The position numbers and the translations under genes are program-made. A stretch of 64,000 bases of DNA from Nitrosarchaeum sp. (GTDB lineage Archaea; Thermoproteota; Nitrososphaeria; Nitrososphaerales; Nitrosopumilaceae). Below the pieces are notes generated by a model, which saw only the letters and a list, made by a program, of their open reading frames with translations, did no database searches and was not told where the DNA came from. Within the stretch, counting starts at the first letter, position 1. Every line of letters begins with the position of its first letter. The stretch lies in assembly GCA_965223865.1 (NCBI GenBank), contig OZ245020.1, forward strand, positions 192,001-256,000, read 5' to 3'. Below, one piece after another: positions 19,034-28,971 of the stretch.

Positions 19034-19555
19034 GTGAAAAAACTGCGATCAACTATTTTTTTGGTTTTTTTAGCACTAACTTCAATTCCAATATTTTCAG
19101 ATGCATATGGCCACTCTATGTTTAATTCAGCAGAGCAATATTATGGTGGATATAGAGTTCAAGTTGCAACATTACCAGAATTCCCACAGATTGATGAAAA
19201 GTCTCAGATTTTAGTAAGGATAACTGATAGAGATTTGGAGGAAGTTGATCGCTTTACAATGGGAATTAGATTTTTCTATAATGATCAACAAATTGATGCA
19301 TTTCAACCAAGTTCCTTTGAAGGAGGGCACTCAGATCTTGATTATGTTTGGAGAAATTCAGGAAATCATATTGTGAAAATAGATTTGTATGATATGGCGG
19401 GAAATCCTGGCATTCTTACCTATACCTTTAACATGGGTACACAGAGTCCTTTTGGAGTAATTTTTTTCATATCGATAATTATCGGTGTTTTGACATTAAC
19501 AGTTGTTGTAATTTACGTCTACATTCCAAAGAAATTCAAAAAAGCTAGATCTTAG
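19034..19555 (+). CDS. Exported protein with C-terminal TM anchor
   Basis: Signal peptide ending AYG-HS; C-terminal hydrophobic helix. Confidence 0.75.
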   Translation: MKKLRSTIFLVFLALTSIPIFSDAYGHSMFNSAEQYYGGYRVQVATLPEFPQIDEKSQILVRITDRDLEEVDRFTMGIRFFYNDQQIDAFQPSSFEGGHSDLDYVWRNSGNHIVKIDLYDMAGNPGILTYTFNMGTQSPFGVIFFISIIIGVLTLTVVVIYVYIPKKFKKARS

Positions 19556-19988
19556 ATTTTATAGGCATTTTTGCAATTCTAAAAGCAAACAAGGTTGTTA
19601 AAAGTACCATTGAGAATAACAAAATACCTATCCCTAAATGGATTGCAACAAGTACAGCATGAAGCTTTAGATCAATTACTAATGCACCTAATGTGATTTG
19701 TGTAATTACAAATATCGTTGCAAGAGTACTCGTAATTTTGATTTTTTTGTCTGCATTCTTGTTAATCCAACTAGCTACCATAGTTGCAATTACTAGTGTA
19801 CCAGTAGTGGCAGCTGCTAGCCTATGTATCCATTCAATTAGATATTCTTCAGAAGGCATTACTCCATTTGGGCATAGAGGCCATTCTGGACAGGTTAGTC
19901 CAAGTCCTGCAGCTGAGATATATCCCCCAAGAAACATTAACGAATACAAAATAATCATTGTTGATAAGGCAAGGTATTGAATTGCCAA
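19545..19988 (-). CDS. ctaA: Heme A synthase, short COX15/CtaA type
   Basis: GLTCPEWPLC, EWIHR, QITLG and AIH motifs; located in the cox operon. Confidence 0.85.
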   Translation of the reverse strand: MAIQYLALSTMIILYSLMFLGGYISAAGLGLTCPEWPLCPNGVMPSEEYLIEWIHRLAAATTGTLVIATMVASWINKNADKKIKITSTLATIFVITQITLGALVIDLKLHAVLVAIHLGIGILLFSMVLLTTLFAFRIAKMPIKSKI

Positions 19989-19990
19989 AA

Positions 19991-20953
19991 TTATTCAACT
20001 ATGAAACTGCCTTGCATCCCTTGTAATGCATGGCCTGGAACAGTACAGATGTAGTAGTAATTACCTGGTGCACCAGCTGTAAACGTGACTTCGCCACTTT
20101 CATTTGCTTTAAGTGGACTTGATGGTGAAGCAATTTCAGAACCCCATAATACATTACCAAAGTCTTCAGGATTTGCAACTACTCCAAATGCATGAAATGA
20201 TTTGCCTAAATTAGCAGAGGTAACTGTTACTGAATCTCCAGAATTTACACGGATTTCAGGATTGTTTCCTTCTTCTCCTGGCAATGCATTAAATGCCAAA
20301 GTTCTAAAGTCATCAGATTCTACAAAGTCTAGCTGAAAGCTGTGAGATACTCCTGTTGGGGCTGCAGCTTCTGCAGATCCACCTCCTGCTTGTGCAGGAC
20401 CTACAATAATTTCACCTACCATGCCTTGTTCTCTGTGTCCGGGAACGGTACAGATGTAGTAGAATGTTCCTTCTTCTGTTGGAACCCATTCAGATGTTCC
20501 ACTCTCACCTGCTTTTAATGGACTCGATGGACTTGCTACTTCACTTCCTGCAAAGATCCCACCAAATCCTTCCTCATCAGCAGTTACACCAAATGCGTGA
20601 AATGATACTCCACCATTTTCTACATTAAAGATTATCTTATCACCAACATTTGCATTAATTGTTGGATTACTTCCTTCTTCTCCAGGTAATGCATTAAAGG
20701 TTAATACTCTAAAGTCAGAAGACTCAACAAACACCAAGTCTGCGGTAATTGTCTTACCTGTAGCAACTGCAGGTGCACCTGTTTCTTTTGCCCCACTCAT
20801 CATTGCTACAACTGGGGCAGGTTCAGAGATCCAGTAATCCCACATACCAAAGAATATGGCACCACCAACTATGCAAATACCTAGCATGATTATCATCATC
20901 TTACCGGTTCTTGCGGTGGTTGTTCTGTAAATTGTATCTGTGTCTTGACTCAT
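19991..20953 (-). CDS. Membrane-anchored double blue-copper (cupredoxin) protein
   Basis: Two H...YYICTVPGHxxQGM type-1 copper sites. Confidence 0.92.
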   Translation of the reverse strand: MSQDTDTIYRTTTARTGKMMIIMLGICIVGGAIFFGMWDYWISEPAPVVAMMSGAKETGAPAVATGKTITADLVFVESSDFRVLTFNALPGEEGSNPTINANVGDKIIFNVENGGVSFHAFGVTADEEGFGGIFAGSEVASPSSPLKAGESGTSEWVPTEEGTFYYICTVPGHREQGMVGEIIVGPAQAGGGSAEAAAPTGVSHSFQLDFVESDDFRTLAFNALPGEEGNNPEIRVNSGDSVTVTSANLGKSFHAFGVVANPEDFGNVLWGSEIASPSSPLKANESGEVTFTAGAPGNYYYICTVPGHALQGMQGSFIVE

Positions 20954-20965
20954 TTCATTTCTCTC

Positions 20966-22492
20966 CTAGTGATGCGGGTTCTTTTGTTCGAATGGATAAT
21001 AGTATTTGCCTCCAAGTTCAAATGGATCGTGTTGATCCACTGGTTTTCCTTTACCAGCACAGTAAATCATATTTCCTAAGAAGATTACCATAGACACTCC
21101 AATTATCATTGCACCAACAGTAATAATTTGGTTCATTGCAATCCATTCTGGGATAGGCGGATAATCAAATATTCTTCTTGGCATTCCATACAAGCCTAAT
21201 ACATGTTGGGTATAAAATACAAGTACTGTTCCTATAAGAGACATGAAAAAGTGAACTTTTCCTAAGGCCTCATTATACATTCTTCCAGTAACATATGGGA
21301 ACATGTAGTAGAGATATGCTATAGAACCAAATGCAATAGTTCCCATTACAAACAGGTGGAAGTGGCCAACAACCCAATAGGTATCATGGGTTGTAAAGTC
21401 TAAAGGCATTGCAGCGTTTGCAACACCACCTGCTCCTGCTGAGAAGAATAATGCTATGCCTCCGACAGACCACATCATTGGTGTACTAAATCTAATTCTA
21501 CCATTCCACATTGTAGCAATAAAGTTAAAGACGTGCATGGCAGACGCTGGAACTGCACCAAGTGTTCCTACCATGAAAACTGTTTTTTCTGTAAATGACA
21601 TTCCTGTGGCATACATGTGATGTGCCCAAGATGAAAAACCAATAATGGTTAGTAATACAAATGCAAAGATACCAGAATTATAGCTAAAGATTGGTTTTCT
21701 TGAAAATCTTGGTATGATTTCATACATCATTCCAATTGCAGGAATTACCAAAACGTAGACCTCAGGATGGAAGGTAAACCAGAATAGATGTGCATATGCA
21801 ATTGGGTCACCACCCATTGCAGGGTTAAAGAAACCAGTAACACCCAGTCTATCGGTAAGTAACATCAACAAGGCTGCTGCAAAGGTTGGGATTGCAACAA
21901 GAATAATTAAAGAAGAAGATAAGAATGACCAAGCCAACAATGGCACTTGACCTATAGACATGTCTGGATGTTTACATTTTAGAATCGTCACAATGAAGTT
22001 TATAGCGCCTAATACCGATGAAATACCTAGAATTTTTAGTCCAAATATCCACATGTCTGCTGCTGGGCCAGGTGCACTAATAATGGAGTAAGGAGGAGTT
22101 GCATACCAAGTAAAGTCGGCAAATCCCAACCAGATTAAGGCACCTGCTGGAGGAATCATCCAGAATGCTATTGCATTTAACTTTGGATAAGCCATATCCT
22201 TGTATCTGACCATGATTGGAACAAAGTAATTTCCAACTGCAGATGCGAATGGAATGATGAATAGGAAAATTAACGTTGTACCATGAACTGTAAAAATTCT
22301 GTTAAATGTCATGGCATCTGTAATTATTTGTGCGCCAGGCAAGAATAATTCTGCTCTAATTATAAGTGCTAACGCACCACCCAAGAATAAGAATCCAAGT
22401 GACATGATTAGATAAAGTAGGCCTACATCAGTATGATGTGTAGAAAACATGATTTGCCATATTGGACGTGGTTTTTGCAGTTCTAGAACCAT
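20966..22492 (-). CDS. coxA: Heme-copper oxidase subunit I
   Basis: FWFTFHPEVY, WAHH, HDTYWVVGHFH and GMPRR motifs. Confidence 0.97.
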   Translation of the reverse strand: MVLELQKPRPIWQIMFSTHHTDVGLLYLIMSLGFLFLGGALALIIRAELFLPGAQIITDAMTFNRIFTVHGTTLIFLFIIPFASAVGNYFVPIMVRYKDMAYPKLNAIAFWMIPPAGALIWLGFADFTWYATPPYSIISAPGPAADMWIFGLKILGISSVLGAINFIVTILKCKHPDMSIGQVPLLAWSFLSSSLIILVAIPTFAAALLMLLTDRLGVTGFFNPAMGGDPIAYAHLFWFTFHPEVYVLVIPAIGMMYEIIPRFSRKPIFSYNSGIFAFVLLTIIGFSSWAHHMYATGMSFTEKTVFMVGTLGAVPASAMHVFNFIATMWNGRIRFSTPMMWSVGGIALFFSAGAGGVANAAMPLDFTTHDTYWVVGHFHLFVMGTIAFGSIAYLYYMFPYVTGRMYNEALGKVHFFMSLIGTVLVFYTQHVLGLYGMPRRIFDYPPIPEWIAMNQIITVGAMIIGVSMVIFLGNMIYCAGKGKPVDQHDPFELGGKYYYPFEQKNPHH

Positions 22493-22541
22493 TACTTTCT
22501 AACCTCCATTGTTGCTTTTGAAAGCAAATATAAAATTTTTA

Positions 22542-22973
22542 TCAAGATGATGGTTCCTCCACAATCAATTTTCCACGCATGTTATAGTGAATTAACCCAC
22601 AGTATTCTCTGCACTGTATATCATGTTCGCCAACATCAGTGGGTGCAAACCATACAGTATTTACTCTACCTGGAATAGCATCCATTAAAACAACGTAATC
22701 GTGAATATTAAATGAGTGACTAACATCTGTTGCTGTTATCTCAAATTTGTAGGCCTTTCCTTTTTCAACGTGTAACTCACCTATTTCTTTTGTTCCATCT
22801 TCATGTTCAAATGTCCAGAACCACTGTTGTCCTACTACTTTAATTATTTCGGCATCTTCTGGCACATGTTCAATTAATCTCTCAACTTCCCATGCTTCTG
22901 CGCCTACCCATAACATTAGAGCAACAACAACTCCAACGTAAATCCATTCAGGCCAGTTGGAATGTCCACCCAT
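22542..22973 (-). CDS. coxB: Heme-copper oxidase subunit II (CuA domain)
   Basis: QQWFWTF, DVSHSF and CREYCGLIHYNM motifs. Confidence 0.95.
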   Translation of the reverse strand: MGGHSNWPEWIYVGVVVALMLWVGAEAWEVERLIEHVPEDAEIIKVVGQQWFWTFEHEDGTKEIGELHVEKGKAYKFEITATDVSHSFNIHDYVVLMDAIPGRVNTVWFAPTDVGEHDIQCREYCGLIHYNMRGKLIVEEPSS

Positions 22974-22976
22974 ATT

Positions 22977-23240
22977 CTACCAAACTCCTTCCTTTTCATA
23001 TGGGGTGGGTTTAGCCTTTGGATGAGATTCTCTAAACCTCCAGCATTGCCAAATAAGAGTACCAGATACTACGGCTCCTACTACAAAGGCAACTGCCATC
23101 AATCTATAGAATAAATTCCAAATCAATACCCTGCGATCAAGATATTCGCCAGGTTCGTCGCCTGCAGCAAAAGCATAATCAGCTGCCGGGATTATTACAA
23201 AAGTTGCCAATACTAAGAATAGACCGACCACACTCTTCAT
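22977..23240 (-). CDS. Small membrane subunit of the cox operon (resembles the subunit II N-terminal TM part)
   Basis: Signal peptide, TM helix and WRFRE; first gene of the operon. Confidence 0.7.
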   Translation of the reverse strand: MKSVVGLFLVLATFVIIPAADYAFAAGDEPGEYLDRRVLIWNLFYRLMAVAFVVGAVVSGTLIWQCWRFRESHPKAKPTPYEKEGVW

Positions 23241-23294
23241 TAGCGTGACAGACGTGACCTTTGATTTCTATTTAAGGGTTTTCAAGATTATTGA

Positions 23295-23918
23295 CTACCA
23301 ATCTTGATCGAATCTAGATGGATGCATTACATTAAGTCCTGATACTGAAAATTTGCGTTTGTATTCTCGAAATATGTTTAGTGACGCATTTGCTATTATT
23401 AACTCAAATAGATTCTCAGGAGTCAGATCCACTATAGTTGATAGCATTGCCTTTATCGGGTCCATATGGGTAACTAAAACAATATTTTCATCGGGATGAG
23501 TCTCAAGCACATATTCTACAATATCAAGAATTCGTTTTTTCACTTCTTCAAAAGTTTCAACACCGTTGTGTGCAATCTCCAATTCGCCATTATAGAACTT
23601 CATAAAGACATTTCCGTGACTAGAAAAAATTTCATCGTATGGCATCCCAGTAAATTTTCCCATGTCTAATTCAATTAGTCTCTCATCAATTGTAACATCA
23701 ACCGAGTTTTGTTTTCCCACAATTTCTGCTGTATGTTTTGCACGTTCTATTGGACTAGAATAAATTCTAGAGATGTTCATTTGTTCTAAGAATTCAGCAG
23801 CCTTTTGTGCCTGATCGATTCCTTTTTCGGTTAAAGGAATACCTGGAGTCCTTCCTGCCAGAATTCTTTCGGTATTGTTTTTTGCCTGTCCATGTCTTAG
23901 AAAAATTATTGATCCCAA
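23295..23918 (-). CDS. Histidine phosphatase / phosphoglycerate mutase family
   Basis: LRHGQ, SSPIERAKHTA and VTH motifs. Confidence 0.92.
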   Translation of the reverse strand: MGSIIFLRHGQAKNNTERILAGRTPGIPLTEKGIDQAQKAAEFLEQMNISRIYSSPIERAKHTAEIVGKQNSVDVTIDERLIELDMGKFTGMPYDEIFSSHGNVFMKFYNGELEIAHNGVETFEEVKKRILDIVEYVLETHPDENIVLVTHMDPIKAMLSTIVDLTPENLFELIIANASLNIFREYKRKFSVSGLNVMHPSRFDQDW

Positions 23919-23969
23919 CTAAATCGCATGTCAAATAGAGATAATAATAACATTGTCAGATCAATTACC

Positions 23970-24641
23970 ATGAAAGTAGGTATAATTGGTGGAACTGGCG
24001 GAATGGGAAAAGGTTTTGCCCTAAGATGGTCTCAGAATCATGATGTGGTTGTTGGGTCCCGAGATGCAGCAAGAGCATCAACATCAGCTGAAGAATATAC
24101 AAATCTTGCAAAAGAGGCTTTTGGACAAATAAGTGGGACTATAACTGGAAATGATAATGTTTCAGTTGCAAAAGAAAGTGATGTGTTAATTTTATCAATT
24201 CCATATAGTAACATTGATGCTGTTTGTTCTGAGATTTTACCTCAAACAAAAGATAGTTGTGTTGTAGTATCACCAATTGTTCCAATGACTAAGACAGATG
24301 TTGGTTTTGAATTTATTCCAATAAAAGAAAACAAACCATTTTCATACCAACTTATTTCAAAATACATCAAAGACAAATCAAAACTTGTTTCTGCGTTCCA
24401 TGTAATATCTGAAAAGAAGCTTGTCAATCCTACACTAGAATTAGATTATGATATCTTTGTATGCGGTGATGATAAGGAATCGGTAGAAATTGTAAATGGC
24501 CTGATAAACGAAATTAAGGGCTTAAGACCAATCTACTTAGGACCTGGAGAATTATCGTATATGGCTGAAATTTCAACGCCTTTGTTGCTAAATGCAATGA
24601 TTAGAAATAAGATAAAAAATCCAGGTATCAAAATTATCTAA
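23970..24641 (+). CDS. npdG: NADPH-dependent F420 reductase
   Basis: GGTGGMGKGFA, GSRDAARA and VSAFH motifs. Confidence 0.9.
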   Translation: MKVGIIGGTGGMGKGFALRWSQNHDVVVGSRDAARASTSAEEYTNLAKEAFGQISGTITGNDNVSVAKESDVLILSIPYSNIDAVCSEILPQTKDSCVVVSPIVPMTKTDVGFEFIPIKENKPFSYQLISKYIKDKSKLVSAFHVISEKKLVNPTLELDYDIFVCGDDKESVEIVNGLINEIKGLRPIYLGPGELSYMAEISTPLLLNAMIRNKIKNPGIKII

Positions 24642-24659
24642 GTATAATTTTGTAATATC

Positions 24660-24893
24660 ATGAGTCACGAGTACTATAGACGGGGTAGAAATTGGTATAC
24701 GGCTATTGGTGCTCTATTTCTTATTATGTCAGGGATTGTTCTGATAAGACAATTATTGATTTGGGGACCAGAATTTATGATAGATTTTTTATTAAATTCT
24801 GAAGTAACAAATGAAAAGGTTTCAGTGGGAATGATTGGATTTGGTCTTTTTATGATAGCATTAGGATTTAGAAGACATGAACAACCGAGATAA
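24660..24893 (+). CDS. Small membrane protein
   Basis: Two TM helices; operonic spacing. Confidence 0.7.
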   Translation: MSHEYYRRGRNWYTAIGALFLIMSGIVLIRQLLIWGPEFMIDFLLNSEVTNEKVSVGMIGFGLFMIALGFRRHEQPR

Positions 24894-25278
24894 ATTTTTA
24901 AAATCTCAAAAAATTTTGCGTCTAACAACTATAGATGATAAAAGGAATTTACATATTGTTCCTGTCTGGTACTTGTACAGCTCAAAAAAAATCTTTATTG
25001 GTACAAACACCAAAACTCAGAAAGCAAAAAATGCAAAGAAGAACAAACGTGTCAGTTTTTGCGTTGATGTTGGAATAAACTCACCTGATATCTATGGCGT
25101 AATGGGACAAGGAAATGCAAATATTATTTTAGAAAATTCCAAAGTAAAACGAATCGCAAAAAAAATTCTTCTTAGGTATTTTGATACTATGAAAAATAAA
25201 TCAGCAATAGAATTACTGGATGACACTGACTGTATTATTGAAATTACTCCAGAAAAATGGTCAGTATGGAGTTATTGA
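24877..25278 (+). CDS. Pyridoxamine 5'-phosphate oxidase-like (split-barrel flavin/F420-binding) protein
   Basis: LRLTTID...HIVPVWY...KAKNAKKNKRVSFCVD. Confidence 0.85.
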   Translation: MNNRDKFLKSQKILRLTTIDDKRNLHIVPVWYLYSSKKIFIGTNTKTQKAKNAKKNKRVSFCVDVGINSPDIYGVMGQGNANIILENSKVKRIAKKILLRYFDTMKNKSAIELLDDTDCIIEITPEKWSVWSY

Positions 25279-26447
25279 GTGACAAACTCTTCAATTTTGT
25301 TGAGTGCTGAATCCAAGGTTTCAACACTAGGAAGATAAACTAATCGGAAGTGTCCGCTTCCATATTGTTCTCCAAATCCTGAACCATGAACGGTCAAAAC
25401 ACCCTTTGATTCTAGGAGTTTTGTAACAAAATCTTTATCATTTCCAAACCTATTATCCTCAATTTTAGGGAATGCATAAAATGCTCCCCTTGGATTTGGA
25501 CAAGACAATCCAGGAATTTCGTTTAATCGTTTTACAACTAGATCTCTTCTCTTTTTTATTTCTGAGACAAATTCTGATACATAGTTCTGTGGTCCTCTTA
25601 GGGATTCAAGTGCAGCATATTGTACTGGAAGGTTTGTTGCAATTCGTACCCTTGCAAGCTTTGGTAGATTTTCACGTAAATCATCCAACTTAGATGAATT
25701 ATTAAATGCAATATATCCAATTCTCCATCCAGACATCAAGTGGACTTTGGAAAATCCATTAAGTATGATAACAGGAGAGTCGCCTGCAACTTTTCCAATT
25801 CCTACAAATTTCTCATCAAAAATTATCTGATCATAGATTTCATCACAAATTATGTAGAGGTTGTGTTCATTTGCAACACTAACTAATTCTCTTAATGAGT
25901 TTTCATTGAAAACAACACCTGTGGGGTTATTTGGACTGATTAGACATATTGCCACAGTCTTTGATGTAATCTTTTTTCTAATGTCCTCAATATCAGGTGT
26001 AGAGTTTTCCAAGTCTACTGCAAATTCTACAGGAATGCCTCCGTGCAATCTAACATATGAGGCATATGGTGGATAGTAAGGACCTGGTAACAATATCTCA
26101 TCTCCCTCTTCAACAATGGAAGATATTACCATATCCAGTCCTTCAGATACACCGTTTGTAACTAAAATATCATCAGATAAAATTGATAAGCCCTTTGCAT
26201 TTTCTTTTTTTGCTATTTCTGTTCGAAGATCCAATAGACCCTCTGATGTTGAATAGTAGTTTTCGCCTTTGTTAATTGCATCAATCAAAGCTTGTTTTAC
26301 ATTTTCTGGTGGTTGAAAACCAAACTGAACAGGGTCACCAATGTTAAGATAATCAACTTTCATTCCTTTTTGTTGAACTTTTCTTGCAGCTAGAACAATA
26401 TCTCTAATTGCATATTCAACACCTGCAACTTTTTTTGATACTTTCAA
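25272..26447 (-). CDS. Class I/II PLP aminotransferase (AlaA-like)
   Basis: VEYAIRD, LNIGDP, SPNNPTG, DEIY and FSKVHLMSGWRIG motifs; TTG start inferred. Confidence 0.92.
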   Translation of the reverse strand: MKVSKKVAGVEYAIRDIVLAARKVQQKGMKVDYLNIGDPVQFGFQPPENVKQALIDAINKGENYYSTSEGLLDLRTEIAKKENAKGLSILSDDILVTNGVSEGLDMVISSIVEEGDEILLPGPYYPPYASYVRLHGGIPVEFAVDLENSTPDIEDIRKKITSKTVAICLISPNNPTGVVFNENSLRELVSVANEHNLYIICDEIYDQIIFDEKFVGIGKVAGDSPVIILNGFSKVHLMSGWRIGYIAFNNSSKLDDLRENLPKLARVRIATNLPVQYAALESLRGPQNYVSEFVSEIKKRRDLVVKRLNEIPGLSCPNPRGAFYAFPKIEDNRFGNDKDFVTKLLESKGVLTVHGSGFGEQYGSGHFRLVYLPSVETLDSALNKIEEFVTQ

Positions 26448-26491
26448 AGTATCTAGACAGATATTTAGGCCTGTTAAATTCCTACTTGTTT

Positions 26492-26566
26492 GGACTCGTA
26501 GCACAGTCTGGATAGTGCGGGCGGCTTCGAACCGCCAGGTCGAGGGATCGAAGCCCTCCGAGCCCT
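26492..26566 (+). tRNA. tRNA-Arg(TCG)
   Basis: Anticodon arm GGCGG-CTTCGAA-CCGCC; cloverleaf with an A3:C70 mismatch. Confidence 0.9.
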
Positions 26567-26592
26567 TTAGTTTATTTTATTAGGCAAATAAT

Positions 26593-27099
26593 TTGTCAAT
26601 AGTTGAATTGAAAGTTTCTCTATTCAAAATTGGAATTATACTTAGCATCTCAGCAATGATATGGATTTCAATGGTATTTCTTGAAGGAGATAGGATTTCA
26701 GAAGAATTTTTGCTTAAATCATCAAATTCCCACAGTTTAAAATTCAATTTTCTAGGTGAAGATATAGGCTATTACAAAGTTTTCATGCCTGAATTTAATG
26801 GAGAAGAGATGTATGTCCAAATTTTAGACCATAATAATAACATAATTTCTGAACAAAGTGTTCAGACAAAAATGTCAGTTGGGTATTTTGACTATGAAAA
26901 AAATGGAAAATATTCAATGAGGATTACAAATATTTCTGAAAATTCAGTTAATCTTCAAGTTGAATTTGGTGATACCAATTCTCAAAATATGATTCCCGGA
27001 GGAGTGATTTTGGTTGTTGGAGCATTAATAATAATAGTTTCATCATACATAAAATTAAAAAACTACAAAATTGCACAGCCTGATGAGAATATTTCATAG
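26593..27099 (+). CDS. Hypothetical protein with N- and C-terminal TM helices
   Basis: Hydrophobic termini around a beta-rich core. Confidence 0.7.
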   Translation: MSIVELKVSLFKIGIILSISAMIWISMVFLEGDRISEEFLLKSSNSHSLKFNFLGEDIGYYKVFMPEFNGEEMYVQILDHNNNIISEQSVQTKMSVGYFDYEKNGKYSMRITNISENSVNLQVEFGDTNSQNMIPGGVILVVGALIIIVSSYIKLKNYKIAQPDENIS

Positions 27100-27656
27100 A
27101 CTGGAATGCACTGAATTGTATGGCCAAAAATTAAGACTAAATTGAATGCAAGCCAGGTTGTAAAAAAGATAAATGAAATTATTGAGAATGGAAGTAATAT
27201 GTGGAGTTTTGTGTGTTCTCGATTTTTTAATATCAAAAGTCCACCTAACGAAGCCAAAACTAAACCTAGCTCAAGTGGTTGATGTGACCAAGAAATCAAT
27301 CCATCAATTCCATAAATTTCATGAGATAAAGAATCTCCAAATCCAGAAAAGATTTGAATTATTGTTCCAATAATTACGAGTTTAATTCCTGTTTTTAGAG
27401 AATTCCGTACAGATTTCTTAATTAAAAGAACAGTTCCCAAAATTGCAGCGGATGAAATCAAAGTTACGCCTGAATAAACTGTGATGTGTTGAATGGTCCA
27501 AAAGAATTCCGGCTCTTTTAATAGATGAGAAATTGCATCCCAAAATCCACCAGAGACTGTAATTACTGGTCCCAGAACCGCTAGAATGGAAATGATGGAT
27601 ACTAATGTGGAGGTTTTTGTAAGTGTAGAATTTGAAAATCTTTGAATAAGTTTCAT
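27063..27656 (-). CDS. Polytopic membrane protein with two D-x3-H-x12-H motifs
   Basis: WDAISHLLKEPEFFWTIQH and GDSLSHEIYGIDGLISWSH. Confidence 0.75.
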   Translation of the reverse strand: MKLIQRFSNSTLTKTSTLVSIISILAVLGPVITVSGGFWDAISHLLKEPEFFWTIQHITVYSGVTLISSAAILGTVLLIKKSVRNSLKTGIKLVIIGTIIQIFSGFGDSLSHEIYGIDGLISWSHQPLELGLVLASLGGLLILKNREHTKLHILLPFSIISFIFFTTWLAFNLVLIFGHTIQCIPVYEIFSSGCAIL

Positions 27657-27763
27657 TTTGTGTAGTCTTTTTTGGACTAATATTTGAAATCTTGTAAATT
27701 TATCAATTAGAAAAATTGAACTTTGAGAGTAATTTTCTTAATTAAATATATTAGAACAAAGGT

Positions 27764-28033
27764 ATGACAACAATCATGAGTCCTGGAATAGGTCTAATGA
27801 AAAGACGACTTGAAAAGGAAAAGGATGCCATATCTCTTGCAGTATCAGGTATTGCAAAAAAATATGATGTCAAACCAGAATCCATCCATACATTGGAGAC
27901 AAAATATCATGAGGATGCAGGGGATTGGTACGTTGCTTTAGGATGGGGTGAAAAAAAAGCCATTATAAAAATGGATTCTGTACAGGGAACCATCACAGAG
28001 ATTAAAGAAATAGAAGAAGAAAATTCTAATTAA
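27764..28033 (+). CDS. Small hypothetical protein (PepSY-like beta C-terminus)
   Basis: Clean ORF; WYV...IKMDSVQGTI. Confidence 0.7.
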   Translation: MTTIMSPGIGLMKRRLEKEKDAISLAVSGIAKKYDVKPESIHTLETKYHEDAGDWYVALGWGEKKAIIKMDSVQGTITEIKEIEEENSN

Positions 28034-28082
28034 AAATTATTTTAGCAGAAATCATTGAATTATTGTCCACTTTTGGTATCAT

Positions 28083-28448
28083 TTATTTTTGTTTATTTAG
28101 ATGGAAAGGTTTTGCAATAGAGATTTGATGATTATCTGGATCACGAATGTAGAAAAATCTCTCACCCCAAACTGCATCAGATGGTATTGTTTCAATTCTA
28201 TCAGAGAATAGAGATTTTTTTATATGATAGTATATTTTATCAACATCTTCTACGTGAAAAATTATTCTTCCAAAATCATGGATTCCATTTTCATTATATT
28301 CCAAGTTAAGGAATTGATCTCCAACCTTGAAAGTAACAAATGTGGTTTGTGAATTACTATAAACAAGCTCAAATCCTGGAATGTTTGAATAAAACTTAGT
28401 TGCTAAATCCATATTTTTTACAAAGAATGTTACTGCAGATATCTTCAT
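28083..28448 (-). CDS. VOC/glyoxalase family protein
   Basis: VKNMDLATKFY, FHVEDVD and WGERFFYIRDPDNH motifs. Confidence 0.9.
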   Translation of the reverse strand: MKISAVTFFVKNMDLATKFYSNIPGFELVYSNSQTTFVTFKVGDQFLNLEYNENGIHDFGRIIFHVEDVDKIYYHIKKSLFSDRIETIPSDAVWGERFFYIRDPDNHQISIAKPFHLNKQK

Positions 28449-28513
28449 TATAGTTCCACAATTAATTTTAGGTATTTTACTAATACATGTTCAGAAAGGA
28501 AACTGAAAGTAAA

Positions 28514-28828
28514 CTATGTATTTTTTGGGGTGTTTACTTTTTTTATTGCGTATGCTATAAGGACAGTAATACCAATAAAGATTGTTAACATTGTAACTAA
28601 AATCGCTATATTGTCATTAGGATTTTGAGCAATACAATCTTGAATTTGACGATGAATTTCATAATATTGAAACAATTCTGGATCATCGTTAATGTTGAAA
28701 TTGTTTTCTTCCAAATAATTTATCCTATGTTGAATTTGCCATTGAACAATTTCTAATTGTTCTTTATCGTTATTCCCACAGATATGATCCGTTAATTGCA
28801 TGAAAATAATATCTAAAAATTTGAACAT
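28514..28828 (-). CDS. Hypothetical protein with C-terminal TM helix
   Basis: ORF with a hydrophobic tail. Confidence 0.55.
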   Translation of the reverse strand: MFKFLDIIFMQLTDHICGNNDKEQLEIVQWQIQHRINYLEENNFNINDDPELFQYYEIHRQIQDCIAQNPNDNIAILVTMLTIFIGITVLIAYAIKKVNTPKNT

Positions 28829-28971
28829 TTTTCATTGTTAGTTAATATTCAATAAATTTAAACCACCTTTACTTTTTTTAATTTTTGTAAGATTATCTCA
28901 TTAAAATTGCCTAGAGTTACAAGGAATTTTTCCACCAAAGAAATTTAATTGCAATTCTGGTTTATGTTTAT

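Noticed and set aside
19545-23240. Split subunit II, short heme A synthase and blue-copper protein as a novel oxidase
   Set aside because: This is the established complex IV arrangement in ammonia-oxidising archaea.
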